Shown here one piece after another: positions 25,517 through 39,628 of a DNA stretch of 64,000 bases. Positions within the stretch are counted from its first letter, which is position 1, and the number at the start of each line of letters is the position of its first letter. The stretch covers positions 121,954,001 to 122,018,000 of the forward strand of contig OZ024745.1 of the NCBI GenBank assembly GCA_964016885.1, read 5' to 3'. A program made the translations under genes and the position numbers. The stretch comes from Eledone cirrhosa. Its lineage: Eukaryota. Below the pieces are notes generated by a model. That model did not search any database, was not told the origin of the DNA, and saw nothing but the letters and a program-made list of their open reading frames with translations.

Positions 25517-26045
25517 AGAAGTTCAGACTTCTAATGATATGAGAAAAAAATATACAGTCCAAAAGAAGCCATTTTAGAAACTAGCCTGCCTGACCTATCG
25601 TCATTGATAAGGTAACAGTGTTTCTGGAAAGGTATTTGTGACAAAACATAATTACTTTCTATCTGAAAAATATTTACAACTCTTTGTTTATGTTTATTCA
25701 AATATGTCATTTGTTGCTTTTAACATTTTTAGTAGGGATCTGAATGTTGAAGATTTTATTTTAGAAAAATTTGAATATTTGAAAAGTTTTGAATATATTT
25801 TTGTATATATTGTGATTTGCATTGTATTATCTGTTGCTAATTTCAGTATTTTCTTGAATTCAGGTCTCCATGAGAAGAGAAATATTTTACTAAAGGACAA
25901 TTGAAGTTAATTTCTAAACCAACAAATGACTAAATAACATATTTAAGTCTTGCCTCACTCTATGGTTTGTGATGGACGATACAGGTAAATTATTTACAGA
26001 ATATTTAAATTTTTACTATTAAGTGAAGTAATATATATCTATATC

Positions 26046-26077
<32 letters not shown>

Positions 26078-26677
26078 CTACCAGATGTACCTGGCGTTGC
26101 TCGGGAAATGAATGACAGCCTGTTTGTCCGTATAAAGAGAGCCAAAGGTTGAGCAAAGAATTGAAATGTAATTGTAAAAAAAAGTTTAACAAAATGGGTG
26201 TACAGTGACATGATTGAGTGAAATAAACGGCAACATAAAAACAATTCATGGGGTAGCTTGAGTTAATTGACGTGAATGATTTCAGGTCCGGCCTTGCTGT
26301 AGTAGGTATGAGTAAGGGGATAAAGATGGAATAGACGCACCGTATGTCCTTCAGTAGACTAAACCCTATGTGTAAGATGGCGCTGCCACTATCACGTTGA
26401 CCATCCACTGGACATAGAAATATCATTCCTTGAAGCAAATCGGCCTAGTATTTCAAAAGTTAAAAGGAGCCTAGTATTTGTACACAGACAGATACACACA
26501 CAAAATCGATTTTTCGGCCCCAATATCGATTTTTTTTTCAAATTTGTTTTTGTCCAAAACCTGCTCTGGCATATAAGCAACATGTGTGCCAAATTTGGTT
26601 GAAATCGGCCTAGTACTTCAAAAGTTAAAAGGAGCCTAGTATTTGTACACAGACTGACTTGCTTTTATATATATAGA
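26078..26677 (-). mobile_element. Non-autonomous Helitron
   Basis: Minus strand: 5' TCTATATATATAAAAGC, 3' hairpin CCCGAGCAACGCCAGG plus GTAG (CTAG variant); internal ~53-bp duplication. Confidence 0.72.
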
Positions 26678-26969
26678 TAAATATAATGTGTGTATGTGTG
26701 TGGTGTGTCTGTGTTTTTTTTATTTGTGTTCCAGCCAAGAGGCTGAGGCCATGCTGGGGCACTGCCACCGATGATTTACTCTTTATAGCCAACCTTCCCT
26801 GGTTGGCCATTGATGCAAAAGGGAGTTTATTACTGCTGCTCTTATTTGTGCTTCACCTTGTGCTGTGGGTCCATCCGGGACCTTGGTCAGTAAAATGTCG
26901 AGATGTCTCTTGTAAACATCTACATGCCCACCATGTAGACCTCTCAGATTTTTTGGCAGCTTATTAAAA

Positions 26970-28005
26970 AGCTAGGGTCTCTTGAACCCCAGACTCTTGC
27001 CGTATGGGTCCTTATTCTCGATGTGATGGATGAGACCTTCGGCACCACACAATGACGTCCTGTTCATGGGTTTGTCCTGCCTCCAATGCCGAAGTTTGGT
27101 GCTAACCCTTCCAGGATCTTCCTTATGTATATTTCTGCGTATCTCTCCCGTCTCCACTCCAGGGAGTAAAGTTTTAATTTCTTCAGCCTCTCCCAGTAGC
27201 TTATATCTTTCATTACGGTAATCCTCTTGGTGTAGCTTCGTTGGATTGCTTCAAGTTCTGCAGTTAGTTTGACACTCTGGGGTGACTACAGCTGAGAGCA
27301 ATAGTCCAGTTGGTTGAGGACGAAAGTTCTCCAGAGGACCAACATGGTTTCTGAGTCTCTTGTCCCAAATGTCCTCAGAATCCAACTCGCCAGTTGTCTG
27401 CACATTGCCATCATTTTGGGGATGTGTACACAAAACGATGCATCATTGCTTATGTCAATACCTAGGGTCTGTATTGATTTTGACTCTGGGATTTTGATTC
27501 CTCCTGGTCCAGTGTGCCATTGTTGTGGTGGTCCTATGTTTCTGGGTTGATAGCAGAGTGCTTGAAATTTACCTGCATTAAATTGCATATTGTTGTTTTT
27601 AGCCCATCTGTATATGGCATCTAAATCGTGTTGTAAGAGAGTAACATCGGCCAATTTCTTTTGTGTCCTCAGCATAGCTTGTGAAGGAGGCTGTTCATAT
27701 TACAGGCAGCATGTCTGAGAGAGCCACTATAAACAGTGGTCCCAAGACCGTGTCCTGGGGCACCTCACTTTTTATTGATGTTTTCTTTGAGTCTGGCTTC
27801 TGTCTTTTAAGAAGTCATGTAGCCACTCACCTACTTTTCCAGTTATGCCGAATCTGTGTAGTTTGTGACATATCATTCCATGATCGACCTTGTCGAAGGC
27901 CTTCGCAAAGTCAAGATATATTATGTCCATATTTCAGTTGTCTAGCAGTTGTTTCAGTACCTAGTCGTAGTGTTGTAAAAGCTGTGTAAGGCAGCTTCTT
28001 CGAGG
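26970..28005 (-). mobile_element. Decayed CR1-group LINE ORF2 fragment (C-terminal RT region)
   Basis: LDFAKAFDKVDHG..VPQDTVLGPLF..SYAEDTK..LQHDLDAIYRWAKNNNMQFNAGKF..WILRTF..LDYCSQL. Confidence 0.9.
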
Positions 28006-28276
28006 TTCCCCCCCCCCCCACAACACATATGCTCTTTTTGTTATTTACATAGGAAGTACAGTATATGATTATGCAGTACAATAATGTTTAATTATGTTTT
28101 AATCAGTGTAACATACTATTAATTACTCCTGTTTCACTTGTGAGCTGAGACATAGGTTTTTCTATTAAATATATCTTTATTATTGGGCAACACTTTGTTA
28201 CTAATATTACGGCCCTTATTCAGTTGAATTATACTCCGTAGTCTACCAATATTTTCTTTCATTAGTATTGTTATCA

Positions 28277-28485
28277 GTGGATTGGCAGTATTGGTAGAGC
28301 ATTGGACATGTTTTGCAGCATGTAGTTATGGCCCTTTACGTTCTGAGTTCAAATCCCACTCAAGCCTTGCATCCTTACGAGGGTCGATAAAATAAAGTAT
28401 CAGTAATGCACTGGGGTCGATTTAATTGACTTTCCTTTTTACCTTCAAACTTCTGGCCTTGTGCCCCAAAATAGAAACTATTATT
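28277..28485 (+). mobile_element. tRNA-derived SINE, family 1
   Basis: A/B boxes plus GGGTCGATAAAATAAAGTA core. Confidence 0.85.
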
Positions 28486-28574
28486 CATTTTTTCCTTTGT
28501 ACTTCTACCTTAATTTTGTTTTATGTCCTCAAATCTCAGAAGATCTGATAAAATAGGAGGACATTTATTTATCG

Positions 28575-28826
28575 TCTTCGTCTTTGTATTCCACTTATTC
28601 CTGAGAGGGTCGTGGGGGCAGAGTCCTCAAACACTCCTTCCAGAGGGTCCTGTCAAAAGCAACCATCTCCAACTGATCCGGCTGGATCCCCAAGCTTCAC
28701 CGGCCCAGCTCATGGATGTTATCCAACTATCTTGCTTGGGGTGTACCCCTAGTTCTCTTGCCTGTTGGTTTCGTTTGTAAAATCTGTCCAGCAATTCTTT
28801 CCTAAGACATTCTAACCACATGCCCA
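28575..28826 (-). mobile_element. RTE LINE 3' fragment
   Basis: Matches 47040-47260. Confidence 0.88.
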
Positions 28827-29029
28827 TTTATTTATTTAAAATATATTTTATATCACAATCTGTGAACAATAAAGTATTGTTGGTTACAGGTTTCCAATGA
28901 ACCAATTACTGATTCATTGCATTTCTGATAGCAAATGTGACATGGGAGTATCTCTAATTAGATGTAAAACAAACATATCAAGGGACTTTGCTTTTCACTT
29001 TTTATTGCTGATGTTTATATCATTTGCCT

Positions 29030-29470
29030 ATATACATCACTGAAAGATACACACGCATACAAAATTATGCATCTATATATAAATTTCTGCAATTCTGTCA
29101 CACCACGTAAAGAGAGAGGAGTAGTTTGACTACCTCATACTACTCCTCTCTCTTTACGTCAGCTGCCTGCATGAATGTATGTGTGTGTAAAAGGAAGGGG
29201 GTGGTGTAAAAACTATAGCAAAATAGTGGCTGGTGTTCCTTGCGCAACGCTGTGAGTGTATGTATGTGTTTGTGTAAATGTATGAGTGTATGTGTTTGTG
29301 TGAATGTATGTGTGTATTTGTGTGAATGTATGTCTGAGTGTGTATTTTTGTAAGTGTCTCTGTTTGCGTGTGTATATTTATATACTTCTACATATAAATG
29401 TATGCATATACACATACGCACATGCACACACATATACACATACACGTTAGCAGTTTGAAAAAAAATTCTT
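29030..29470 (+). repeat. Unclassified interspersed repeat with a 21-bp-stem hairpin and TG-rich tract
   Basis: Other copies at 44575-44790 (+) and 53470-53860 (-). Confidence 0.8.
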
Positions 29471-29734
29471 GTATATAAAAACTACAGGCTTCTGGACATC
29501 TTCTTATTCTATGTACTATACATGCACCTTTGATGAGTTGTAGTGCACCTGAGCACTGTACACAATAATTTCATTAATATTATTATTACTCACTCAGTTC
29601 TGCTCTGAAGGTATTGGTCACTCTGTGGCTGTAGTAGAAGACATTTAAATTGCTACACACTGGGATTGGACCTGGAACAACAAGTTTGTGAAGTAAGCAT
29701 CTTAACCATAACTGCAGACAGGGCTGTGTAGTTA

Positions 29735-29770
<36 letters not shown>

Positions 29771-29870
29771 CTATGTTTAAAATGTATTTAGAATTATTTT
29801 GGTGTTAAAGCTACAAAGTTGCTTCTTAAGAGAAAGATATAGTGACAATTGAGTTATTGCTGTTTCAATC

Positions 29871-30653
29871 TCTTATATTTTGTTAGGCCCTCTAGTAGTG
29901 GTCTTATGTTTTGTTAGGCCCTCTAGTAGTGGTCTTATGTTTTTTTAGGCCCTCTCGTAGTGCTCTTATGTTTTGTTAGGCTCTCTGGTGGTGGTCTTAT
30001 GTTTTTTTAGGCCCTTTCGTAGTGGTCTTATGTTTTGTTAGGCTCTCTGGTGGTGGTCTTATGTTTTGTTAGGCCCTCTAGTAGTGGTCTTATGTTTTGT
30101 TAGGCCCTCTAGTAGTGGTCTTATATATTGTTAGGCCTTCTAGTAGTGGTCTTATGTTTTGTTAGGCCCTCTAGTAGTGGTCTTATGTTTTGTTAGGCCC
30201 TCTAGTAGTGGTCTTATATTTTGTTAGGCTCTCTAGTAGTGGTCTTATGTTTTGTTAGGCTCTCTAGTAGTGGTCTTATGTTTTGTTAGGCTCTCTGGTG
30301 GTGGTCTTATGTTTTGTTAGGCCCTCTAGTAGTGGTCTTATATATTGTTAGGCTCTCTAGTAGTGGTCTTATGTTTTGTTAGGCCCTCTAGTAGTGGTCT
30401 TATATTTTGTTAGGCCCTCTAGTAGTGGTCTTATATTTTGTTAGGCTCTCTAGTAGTGGTCTTATGTTTTGTTAGGCCTTCTAGTAGTGGTCTTGTTTTG
30501 TTAGGCCCTCTAGTAGTGGTCTTATGTTTTGTTAGGCCCTCTAGTAGTGGTCTTATGTTTTGTTAGGCTATCTGGTAGTGGTCTTATATATTGTTAGGCC
30601 TTCTAGTAGTGGTCTTATGTTTTGTTAGGCTCTCTGGTGGTGGTCTTATGTTT
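29871..30653. repeat. 31-bp tandem minisatellite, ~25 copies
   Basis: Unit TCTTATGTTTTGTTAGGCCCTCTAGTAGTGG. Confidence 0.96.
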
Positions 30654-31398
30654 CTCTGTAAATATAATATTACAACAAATATATCCACATTGAAGAACAG
30701 CTTCTGGTGTAAGGTTCATAACAAATGATAAAAATTAATTTTGTGTGGAATTATTGAGCAGTGCAACTGATTTGAGCTCACTATAGATATTAAACAAAAA
30801 CAACATAAACTCAAGGTCTCAAAAGGGCTATTACATCCTGTGGTAGAGGTACAGCAGGCCAAAAGTGGTATAAAGTGGGCAGGAGGTGTGATTGTTCCAG
30901 ATAATGTTAATCTGCAATACATTGGATAGGCTGCTATTTATTGTTTTCATCTTCAAAATGAATATGGATAGGATAGTAAGTACAAAATGCAGGGGACTAA
31001 TTTTATTTTAAAACCCATTTACATGTATATGCACACCTAGATCCATGAAGGACAAATTACCAAGTTTTAGGAAAATATTAGTTGCACAAAATTGTTCTCT
31101 AGTGGGCCATAGAAAAGTAGTTTGTGTGCTGTGTATCTGAGACCTCTGATATAAACCCTTGATGTGCCAAAACGTACTGGGAGTCTCCCTTTCTATTTGT
31201 TTTGTGCCAAAGATGTACGGAATGTTTTAGCTTAGTTTGTGAAGTACATATCCAAACAGTAAATAAAGAAAATTTGATTAAAATATCTCTTTAGTTTTAT
31301 TTTTAACAACTTTTTTGAGAAATACAAAATTGTGTAATCCCAGCCTAAGATAGTAAACTATAAAATGTTACATCAACATGCAAAGAGTTGACCCTTTA

Positions 31399-31860
31399 TC
31401 ATCATCATCACCATCATAATCATCATCATCGTTTAACGTCTATCTTCCACGCTAGCATGGGTTTAGACGAGAATTGTCCCACGTGAGGCAAGATTGGTTG
31501 TCTTGCTCGTATGGGACTGACTGGCAGGTTTTCTATGGCTGGACGCCCTTCCTAACACCAACCACGTTTATAGTGTGGACTGGGAGGTTTTTACCGTGTT
31601 ACCTACACGGCCACATTACAGCGTGGACTGTGTGTTTTTACCGTGTTACCTACACGGCCACATTACAGCGTGGACTGTGTGTTTTTTTGTTGTGACACCT
31701 ACACGACCTCATTTATTTAGGACTGGATGTTGTGGCACCAACATAACTTTAGGTGTAGATGGGGGTGGGGGTAAGGGTAGTGGGATGGGGGTGCATTTTT
31801 GGTTAGGAGGTGCCTACTGACTGTAGGTTTCGCTTTGTACTTAGGCAAGGCAGGTCTTCT
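31399..31860 (-). mobile_element. (GAT)n-tailed SINE-like repeat, family 3, with an internal tandem duplication
   Basis: (CAT)n tail; GGCTGGACGCCCTTCCTAACACCAACCAC module. Confidence 0.8.
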
Positions 31861-31861
31861 G

Positions 31862-32084
31862 TATTTACATTACTCTATATATACTATTGCATTTTTGTGG
31901 TAAAGATTTTATCTTACATAATTATCTCACATAATATCAAATCAACAAGATTTTGATGTCATTTATTTTGAGAATAATACCTTAATATCAGTATGAGCAG
32001 CCAGTTACGGTTTGTTTGAACAGAAAGAGGTGAGAGAATTCTGGCTGGATATAATACTGGCTGGTTTAAATACTAAAAGGTTAA
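31862..32084 (-). mobile_element. MITE family A
   Basis: Body and one TIR. Confidence 0.85.
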
Positions 32085-32382
32085 TTCTGAAAAAAAAGAA
32101 AGAAAAGAAAATGCAACTCTAGTATACAAACAACACATGAAATCCAGAATGGACTAAGTTGGTTGACTCTAAAACATTTGTTTTTAATTTAGTATACTTG
32201 TTTTCCTTTATAATGATACTGTTAGAAATACAATTAGTATAAGGGAGCTGTAGTTTTGAGTACTTTAATTACTCTGGCAATTTCCCTCTTGTAAATGTTA
32301 CAAAAAAAAAGAAAGACAGTTGTGTTTTATTACCCTTTTTTGAACCCTAGTTACTTCTGAGTATCATCATCCTTATCATCAT

Positions 32383-32607
32383 TTAACCCTTTAGCATTCA
32401 CATTACTCTATATATACTATTATATATCATGGTAAAGGCTTTACCTCGCATAATTATCTCCCATAATATCGAATCTGAGATTTTGAAAGTATTTATTTTG
32501 AGAACAATACCTTAACATCAGTTTGAGTGACCGGTTACAGCCAGTTTCAACAGAAAGAGGTAGAGAATTCTGGCCGGTTTTGGCCGGTTTGAACATTAAA
32601 GGGTTAA
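32383..32607 (-). mobile_element. MITE family A
   Basis: Both TIRs and TTAA flanks present. Confidence 0.9.
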
Positions 32608-34164
32608 CATCTCTTTTAGATGTACATTTGTATAGCCTATTCTTTCCTGTGTGAATCTTGTATTTCAATTGTTTGAGAAAGAAGTAGAACATTCTTAGAT
32701 ACTTACCTCTTTTTTTTTTCATATCTCTCATCATTACCTCAACTTTAGCAGATGGTCAGTTTTTCATTGGCATCTCTTCAAACAATCAGATATTTGGGGT
32801 GTCTCTACAGACCAAGTATCAGTTGCATTATTTTCTTTTTTTTTCAACAAGGTTAGTAAGTACTTTTAAAGGCTATCTTCCTTGTACAAAAAGGAAAATA
32901 AATGGATAGATAGACTGATAGATAGACTGATAGATGGAGAGAAAGAGAGAGGATTACTTTTCTATTTCTTTTTAATATTTATTGTATCCTGTTTTCACAT
33001 TCCCTGTCTTTGGACAGTAAATATTTTAAGCTTGGTGATATTTACTTTTGGGTGGATATTTCTAGAACTACCAAGCTGTTTGACAAGTGGTCGGTTGCGG
33101 ATTTTGTGTACAGTTTGTGAGTTTCTACGTGTCTTATATGATCTTCCTTTCTATTCTTTTTTTCTCTCAACATCTTAAAACTTCACACACTAGTTCCTAC
33201 TCTTTTACTAATTTTCTCACTCAAATATCTTTTCTTTCCATTTATTTACTGTTTTCTTTTCATAAGAAACCTCCTCATGATAATAAGATATCTGCTTGTT
33301 TTGAATCAGGGATATATTCAAAAGGAACACTTTCCCCTTTTTTTCTTCTATTTACTTCTCACCAGTCCAGTTCACCTGTTGATAGCTTTTATGAGTATCT
33401 TTATTTTTCAGACTTTTGAAAATGATTGCTTCTGATATGTGGCTTTAAAAACATCATTTAGACTGGAAATAACTTTATTTATGGAAAAAAAATATATTTA
33501 TTTCATTCTCTTAATTTTGTAAACAAACTGTAGTTATTTAAAATATTATATTGTGAGGTATTTTAATTTTATTGCTATTAATGGATGACTCTTATTAAGA
33601 ATTAGAAAGCTAATTTTAGGTTGTGTGAAAACTGGTTCAGCAACTAGGGAGCTTAAACAAACTTTTGCTTTTTTTTATAATAATATGAATGAATGTTTGA
33701 AGAATGTGATGTTTGTTGTATGAATTTTAGTAGATTTGTTCCTGACTTCATAGTGATATAACCACCATTGAGGAAACACTGAGGTATAATATATCTATAA
33801 TTCTTTTCCCCTGCTTTGTTTATCTCTATTTTATAGTTCCTTTCAGTAGCTTTATATATATATACTAATTAAATTAACTATTAATTAAAATATTACAATC
33901 GTAACTAACTTTAACTTTTTTTTCACGTGAGAATATTGTCAATGTTATGGACAACCATTGTTATGGACAACCGTAACTGGAATATGTACTTATTCTGAAA
34001 GTAGTTATACAGGAAGCAATTTAAATATTTCAGGTGAAAAACTTTCCAAATATTTCATTATCAGTGCCACTGTTATGGTTTGTATCATGGGCGGACTTTC
34101 CGCTGTTGAAATCCTAAATTATATCGAATTTGAAGCCTTTCCCTGAATTTTTTTTAATAATGAT

Positions 34165-34365
34165 ACATCTTCTTCACCTACTTATTCCTGAGAGGGTTGT
34201 GGGGGCAGAGTCCTCAAACACTCCTTCCAGTGGGTCCTGTCAGAAGCAACCATCTCCAACTGATCTGGCTGGATCCTCAAGCATGACCAGCCAAACTCAT
34301 GGATGTAATTCAACCATCTTGCTCGGGGTCTACCCCTGGGTCTCCTCCCTGTTGTTTTCACCCGT
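34165..34365 (-). mobile_element. RTE LINE 3' fragment
   Basis: TGRRPRGRPRARWLNYIHEFGWSCL. Confidence 0.88.
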
Positions 34366-35069
34366 ATCATGTATGATTATCTGGCAGGAAAGAATCACTG
34401 GACAGATATTTATACATGATTATTATTTATTAATTACAAAATTAAATGATATATATATAATGTTTTTAATGATTTAGTGATAAAGAAGAATAACTAATGA
34501 TAAAATAAAAAAATATTTTTAAAAAAATGAGGCCCCTGAGAGTGTGTGGCCCTAATCTATAGCTTATTTAGCTTATAGGTAAGTCAAGCACTGGTTTGTA
34601 TTTAATATTGGAAATTGCTAAGATTTAAAAACCTTTTTCTTGGGTTTTTGGTTGCAGTAACAACTACGGTTTACTTTGTGTAATTTGTCTGCAAGCATGG
34701 ATTAAACATGTATGGTATACCATACTAATATTGAAGAGTAAGTAATATAAACTGAGCAATATCTATCTAATAGATGACATGGTCCACCAGACTTATATTG
34801 ACTGAGTAATATCTATCTAATAGATAACATATGGTTCTTAAATAAAATTATTTTTGAAGGAACCCTATAAAATGTGTAATTCTTTTTCATAAATCTAGAG
34901 TAGGTTTTTGGTGGGTTAGTCATGAAAAGGTTAAGTATGGTGACTTTGCCTGTAAAATCCTTCTAAATATTTCTGATCTTTTATTTTGAAACCAATTGTA
35001 TACACAGCTTCAGTGTCAGTTCCAACAAGATTCTCTGGCCATTTCCTAATTGAGGCAACACAAACTACT

Positions 35070-35293
35070 TTAACCCTTTACCATTTAAATCAGCCGTATC
35101 CAGGCAGAATTTTCACCTTTTTCTATTCAGACTTGCTGTAACCGGCTGCTCATATTGATGTTAAGGTATTATTCTCAAAATAAATATCAAAATCTCATAG
35201 ATTCGATATTAGGTGAGATAATTATATGAAATAAAGCCTTTACCGTGAAAATACAATAGTAAATATAGAGTAATGTAAATGGTAATGGGTTAA
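35070..35293 (+). mobile_element. MITE family A
   Basis: Both TIRs and TTAA flanks present. Confidence 0.9.
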
Positions 35294-36035
35294 TCTACTA
35301 CAAATTATTCTGTTTACTAGTTAAAACTTTACCAATTTTTTCTTTTACTGTTTTAGCCAGGGAGGGGAAGGCAGTATCTATGTTACAGGGCTTCTGAGAT
35401 TGGTGATAGGGGGAGGAAGCATTTTGTCCTACTCTCTAATCTATTGAAGACAGTAAAAAAAAATCAAGTGATTCATTTCCCTCACTATCTCTCCTCCTCA
35501 GTGTTTCATGCTCTACACTTCAATAAAGACTTTGAAAGCAGACACCAATAGTGACATAGTTATCTAGTCTTCTACCTCAACACCAAGACGTATAAAGCAA
35601 ACATACATATTTTTGAATCTACTTATGAACAATTTGTCACTAGAACCCTCACAAACATTACTAATACTAACAATTTTTTATCTTTCATGGTGTCCACATG
35701 TACAACACACTGAAAATTGTATCTAAAATGCTCTTCTGTAGGGCTTAGAATTCAACTCACATATCTAGTACAGTGCAGCTGTTACATATACAAGCATTCT
35801 AAACTAGACTATATCCACAAAAAGGTTGTTTGGCCACTTGGTGTAATGTAACAATCTTACAATCTTTTTAGACTGGTTAAACTTATTTTTGTGATTTGAT
35901 CTCTGTTCCCGATACTTTAGATAACATAGGGTCTTTATCATTGTAAACTATACTTTTACCTACACATTTTGTATTGAATAATGATTTCTATGTATTCGGA
36001 GCATGTTGTATCATGATTCAGTCAAAATCTTTGGC

Positions 36036-36286
36036 TTAACCGTTTTGATACTAAACCCCCTGAAATTGTCCTTGTTCTTATGATATAAAACTGTTTAAGG
36101 TGTTTATATTTACCTAAAAAAACTTCCACTATAATTTTAATTAAGAACCTTTGTAAAATTGTTTCAAATACCAGCTTAATGTGAAATTTAGTTAGATAAC
36201 TAAATTCCTCCAAATTCTTGATTATTTCGAAAATAATTTGAAAATCATAGTGTCTTTCATTAGAAATATGACAATGAAAGAGTTAA
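36036..36286 (+). mobile_element. piggyBac-type MITE, family B
   Basis: TTAA-CCGTTTTGATAC ... AATGAAAGAG-TTAA; related copies at 39629-40064 and 42257-42450. Confidence 0.75.
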
Positions 36287-36475
36287 AATATAGCTTCTAT
36301 TGGATTATTTGTAAGAAGTTTCACAAGGAGTCGTGTTAGCAAATGGTTAGATTATTTTATTACTGATTAAAAGGTTTAAATCCTGTTACACGCATTTTGA
36401 TCTGCTTCTAATTAAAATGTGTTGTTTTTATATACAACTCAGTTAAAAATAGTTATCACTTGTAAAACATGGTGT

Positions 36476-36720
36476 TTAACCCTTTAACATTTACATTACT
36501 CTATATTTACTATTGTATTTTCATGGTAAAGGCTTTAACTTACATAATTATTTCACATAATATCGAATCTGAGATTTTGATATTATTTATTTTGAGAACA
36601 ACACCTTAACATCAGTATCAGTGGCTGGCTACAGTTCAAATCCTGCCAAGGTTAACTTTGCCTTTCATCCTTATGGGGTCGATAAAATAAAGTACCAGTA
36701 ATAATAATTGCTGGCCTTAT
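36476..36720. mobile_element. Partial MITE A (-) fused to a SINE family 1 fragment (+)
   Basis: MITE body to ~36632, then GTTCAAATCC..GGGGTCGATAAAATAAAGTACCAG. Confidence 0.8.
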
Positions 36721-37167
36721 GGTTCCTCTGTGCTCAGTGCTGGTGTATATGTGTGTGTGATTTTACACTATCGACCCTTTCATTTCCATGCTATGTAGGT
36801 ATCTTGTAGACTTGACCAACCAACCAACTAACTAAATAAATAAGATTATCTCTGTTGTTAGTCTCCTTGCATTTGTTATTTACTCAGTCGTTACAAATCA
36901 ATATGTTTTTACATAATAACCTTTATATATGCTAAAATGAATTGATGGAACATTAAAATATCGGTTAATTTGACATGAATCAAATTTTGCTCCAGCTGTT
37001 GTGTAATGTTTTGATGGAGGCAATGGATGCTCTTCATTTTAAAAACTTCACTTTACATAGTAATGGGTTCCAGACTTGTTTTTTTGGGGGAAACGTTCTT
37101 AAACTTAATGTTTACTTGAGAAAGCAACAGAACATACACACACACACAGGCATATGCACATGCATTT

Positions 37168-37228
<61 letters not shown>

Positions 37229-38203
37229 ATGGTCAGGTCGTCAGCGACTAAACAACAACTCTACCAAGCTTGGTGAGGAGGATGAATTTGGACACTCTGC
37301 GGGATGAAAAACAAAACCCGTCAAAGGGGGGAGGAACTCAGCAGAATCAACGACCATCCGATAAAGTTTTTTTTTTCTTTTTTTGTGGAGTGAGAGACTC
37401 CTAGTCTTCATTAAGACCTCTCTAGGAGAAGGTTACTCTGATATAAAACCTGCGACTTTGTTTGCATCCAATGATGTGGACCAGCTCTTCTTATTAGGCA
37501 AATGCATTCGATGTTCAGAGAGTGGGATTGGCTCCATGTAAAACCTTTCCTCACTTAAAAAAGCTTCAAGCACAGGCATCGCTTGATAAGTGACATGTTT
37601 TGTGATTCATGGCATTGCTGGCCATTGGCAAGTTCCTAGCGGGACCTAAAAAGCCACATCCATGATGCTCATGCTTAAGTATCAAGCAATAGCATTACTC
37701 GAAATTAAGTTGCAGCCATCATACATATATATATATTTATTTCAGTGTGTAGTTTGAATTGAGGCTTACTTGTACAAGTTATGAATACTTGGACTCTATT
37801 TGGCCCCACTACTACTACTACCACCACCATCACCACCACAACCACCATCACATGTCTCTTATAAAGCCATTGCTTTGTATCAGTTTAAGAAATCATTCTT
37901 CCCATGAATCTATTCTCTTTCTCATATACCATTGATGTGAAATCAAATTTATCTTCAAGAAGCAGAATTTATTTTTCTTGTAAGTCAAAGACTCTTGTGG
38001 GACCCCAATGTTATGATTCTTTCTTTACCTATCAAATTGATAATAATTTCAGCATAATTTACCAATAGTACATTTCAAAATGATTTCCTGTTCATATATT
38101 TCAAAATATTTTACAAGTATTTCTCTTATATAGATCAGCATACCATAGCATATAGAGCAGCAAATTCACTTTTGAATATAAGATGAATTTTACTATATGT
38201 GCA

Positions 38204-38627
38204 TTAACCCTTTAGCATTTAACCCTTTAACATTTATATTACTCTATATATTATATTTTCATGGTAAAGGTTTTACCTCACATAATTATGACATAATATC
38301 GAATCTATGAAATTTTGATATTTATTTTGAGAACAATACCTTAACATAAGTAGAAGCAGCCAGTTTAGGCTGGTTTGAACAGAAAGAGGTGAAAGAATTC
38401 TGGCTGGATATGGCCGGTTTAAATGCTAAAGGGTTAAACCAGTCATATCCAGCCAGAATTCTCTCACTTCTTTCTGTTCAAACTGGTTGTAACCAGCCAC
38501 TCATACTGGCGTTGAAGTATTGTTCTTAAAATAAATAACATCAAAATCTCAGATTCGATATTATGTGAGGTAAAGCCTTTACCACAACAATACAATATAT
38601 AGAGTAATGTAAATGCTAAAGGTTTAA
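38204..38627. mobile_element. MITE A inserted, inverted, into another MITE A
   Basis: Inner copy 38223-38433 flanked by TTAA at 38219-38222 and 38434-38437. Confidence 0.92.
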
Positions 38628-39628
38628 GTTATTCAGTGTAATGAACATATAACAAGAAGTGTTTTAAGGCAATTTCCCCCTCCAAAAGGAGAAATTAGCT
38701 TTGTGGAGCTCATGACGTGGAGATTTTGTATGAGTCAATGTTTTACAGCTGAATGTTCTTCCTGGTGTCAACCATTTTAGTTATGACATTCAGGGATATG
38801 GTATACCAATTCTGAACAGGATACACAGTCAGTCATTTGTATTCAATGTAATGAGCATGAAAAATCCAATTTAAACACAATCATGCAGTGAGGAAAAGAC
38901 AGCAGCAGCTAAATGAATAATATTAGTTTAATCATTTTTGCAAGTATGGAAAATAACTCTTGATATATTTCAATCTCATGAGATCTCTTCAGTGAAGAAT
39001 AGACTACATGGGGTAGATGTGGGCTCTTTAAGTCATAGCAAAGACATGTCTAGGAAAGCAGTCACTCTGAGTAAAAGTTGATACAGAGTACAGATGACTT
39101 TCTAGTGGCATAATAAAATGCATCCCAACCATGCTGTAATGTGGTTGGTGACAAGAAGGGCATCCAGCCAGGAAAATCTTGCCAAAAATTATGAAATGCA
39201 CAAACTATATCATATTCACTAATTGCATCACAGATGATGATGATGAAAGAGCATAACGAGTGATGGGAAGCTGTGTTGGAAAGGATCTGTTCAACCCGTG
39301 CATGTATGGAAAAATTGATGTAAAAAGTATGATGATTGTGATAAACACTTTAACAAATAAATAACCTAGTATGCGATATCCGAGTGCAGTTAGGCATCGC
39401 CAAGGTCCAGCCACAGATGTTAGGATTAATGTGGCCACACAATAACTAGCAATATATACAGTTATTAAAGTACTAGAGATTGGGGGGCAGCTAAAGCTGA
39501 AAGTTGTGGTAAGATAAGGGGAAGGATATCTACACTGTAATGAGAGAGAGAGATGGATAGGATTTTTAATGATTTATTTTACTTATTATAAACCATGGTT
39601 TTTCTTATGTTGAAATAATAAAAATATG

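Noticed and set aside
32700-32860. Candidate host exons from splice-like sites (also 20268, 33750, 49831)
   Set aside because: No recognisable protein, early stops in most, and no consistent exon chain; RNA-seq would be needed
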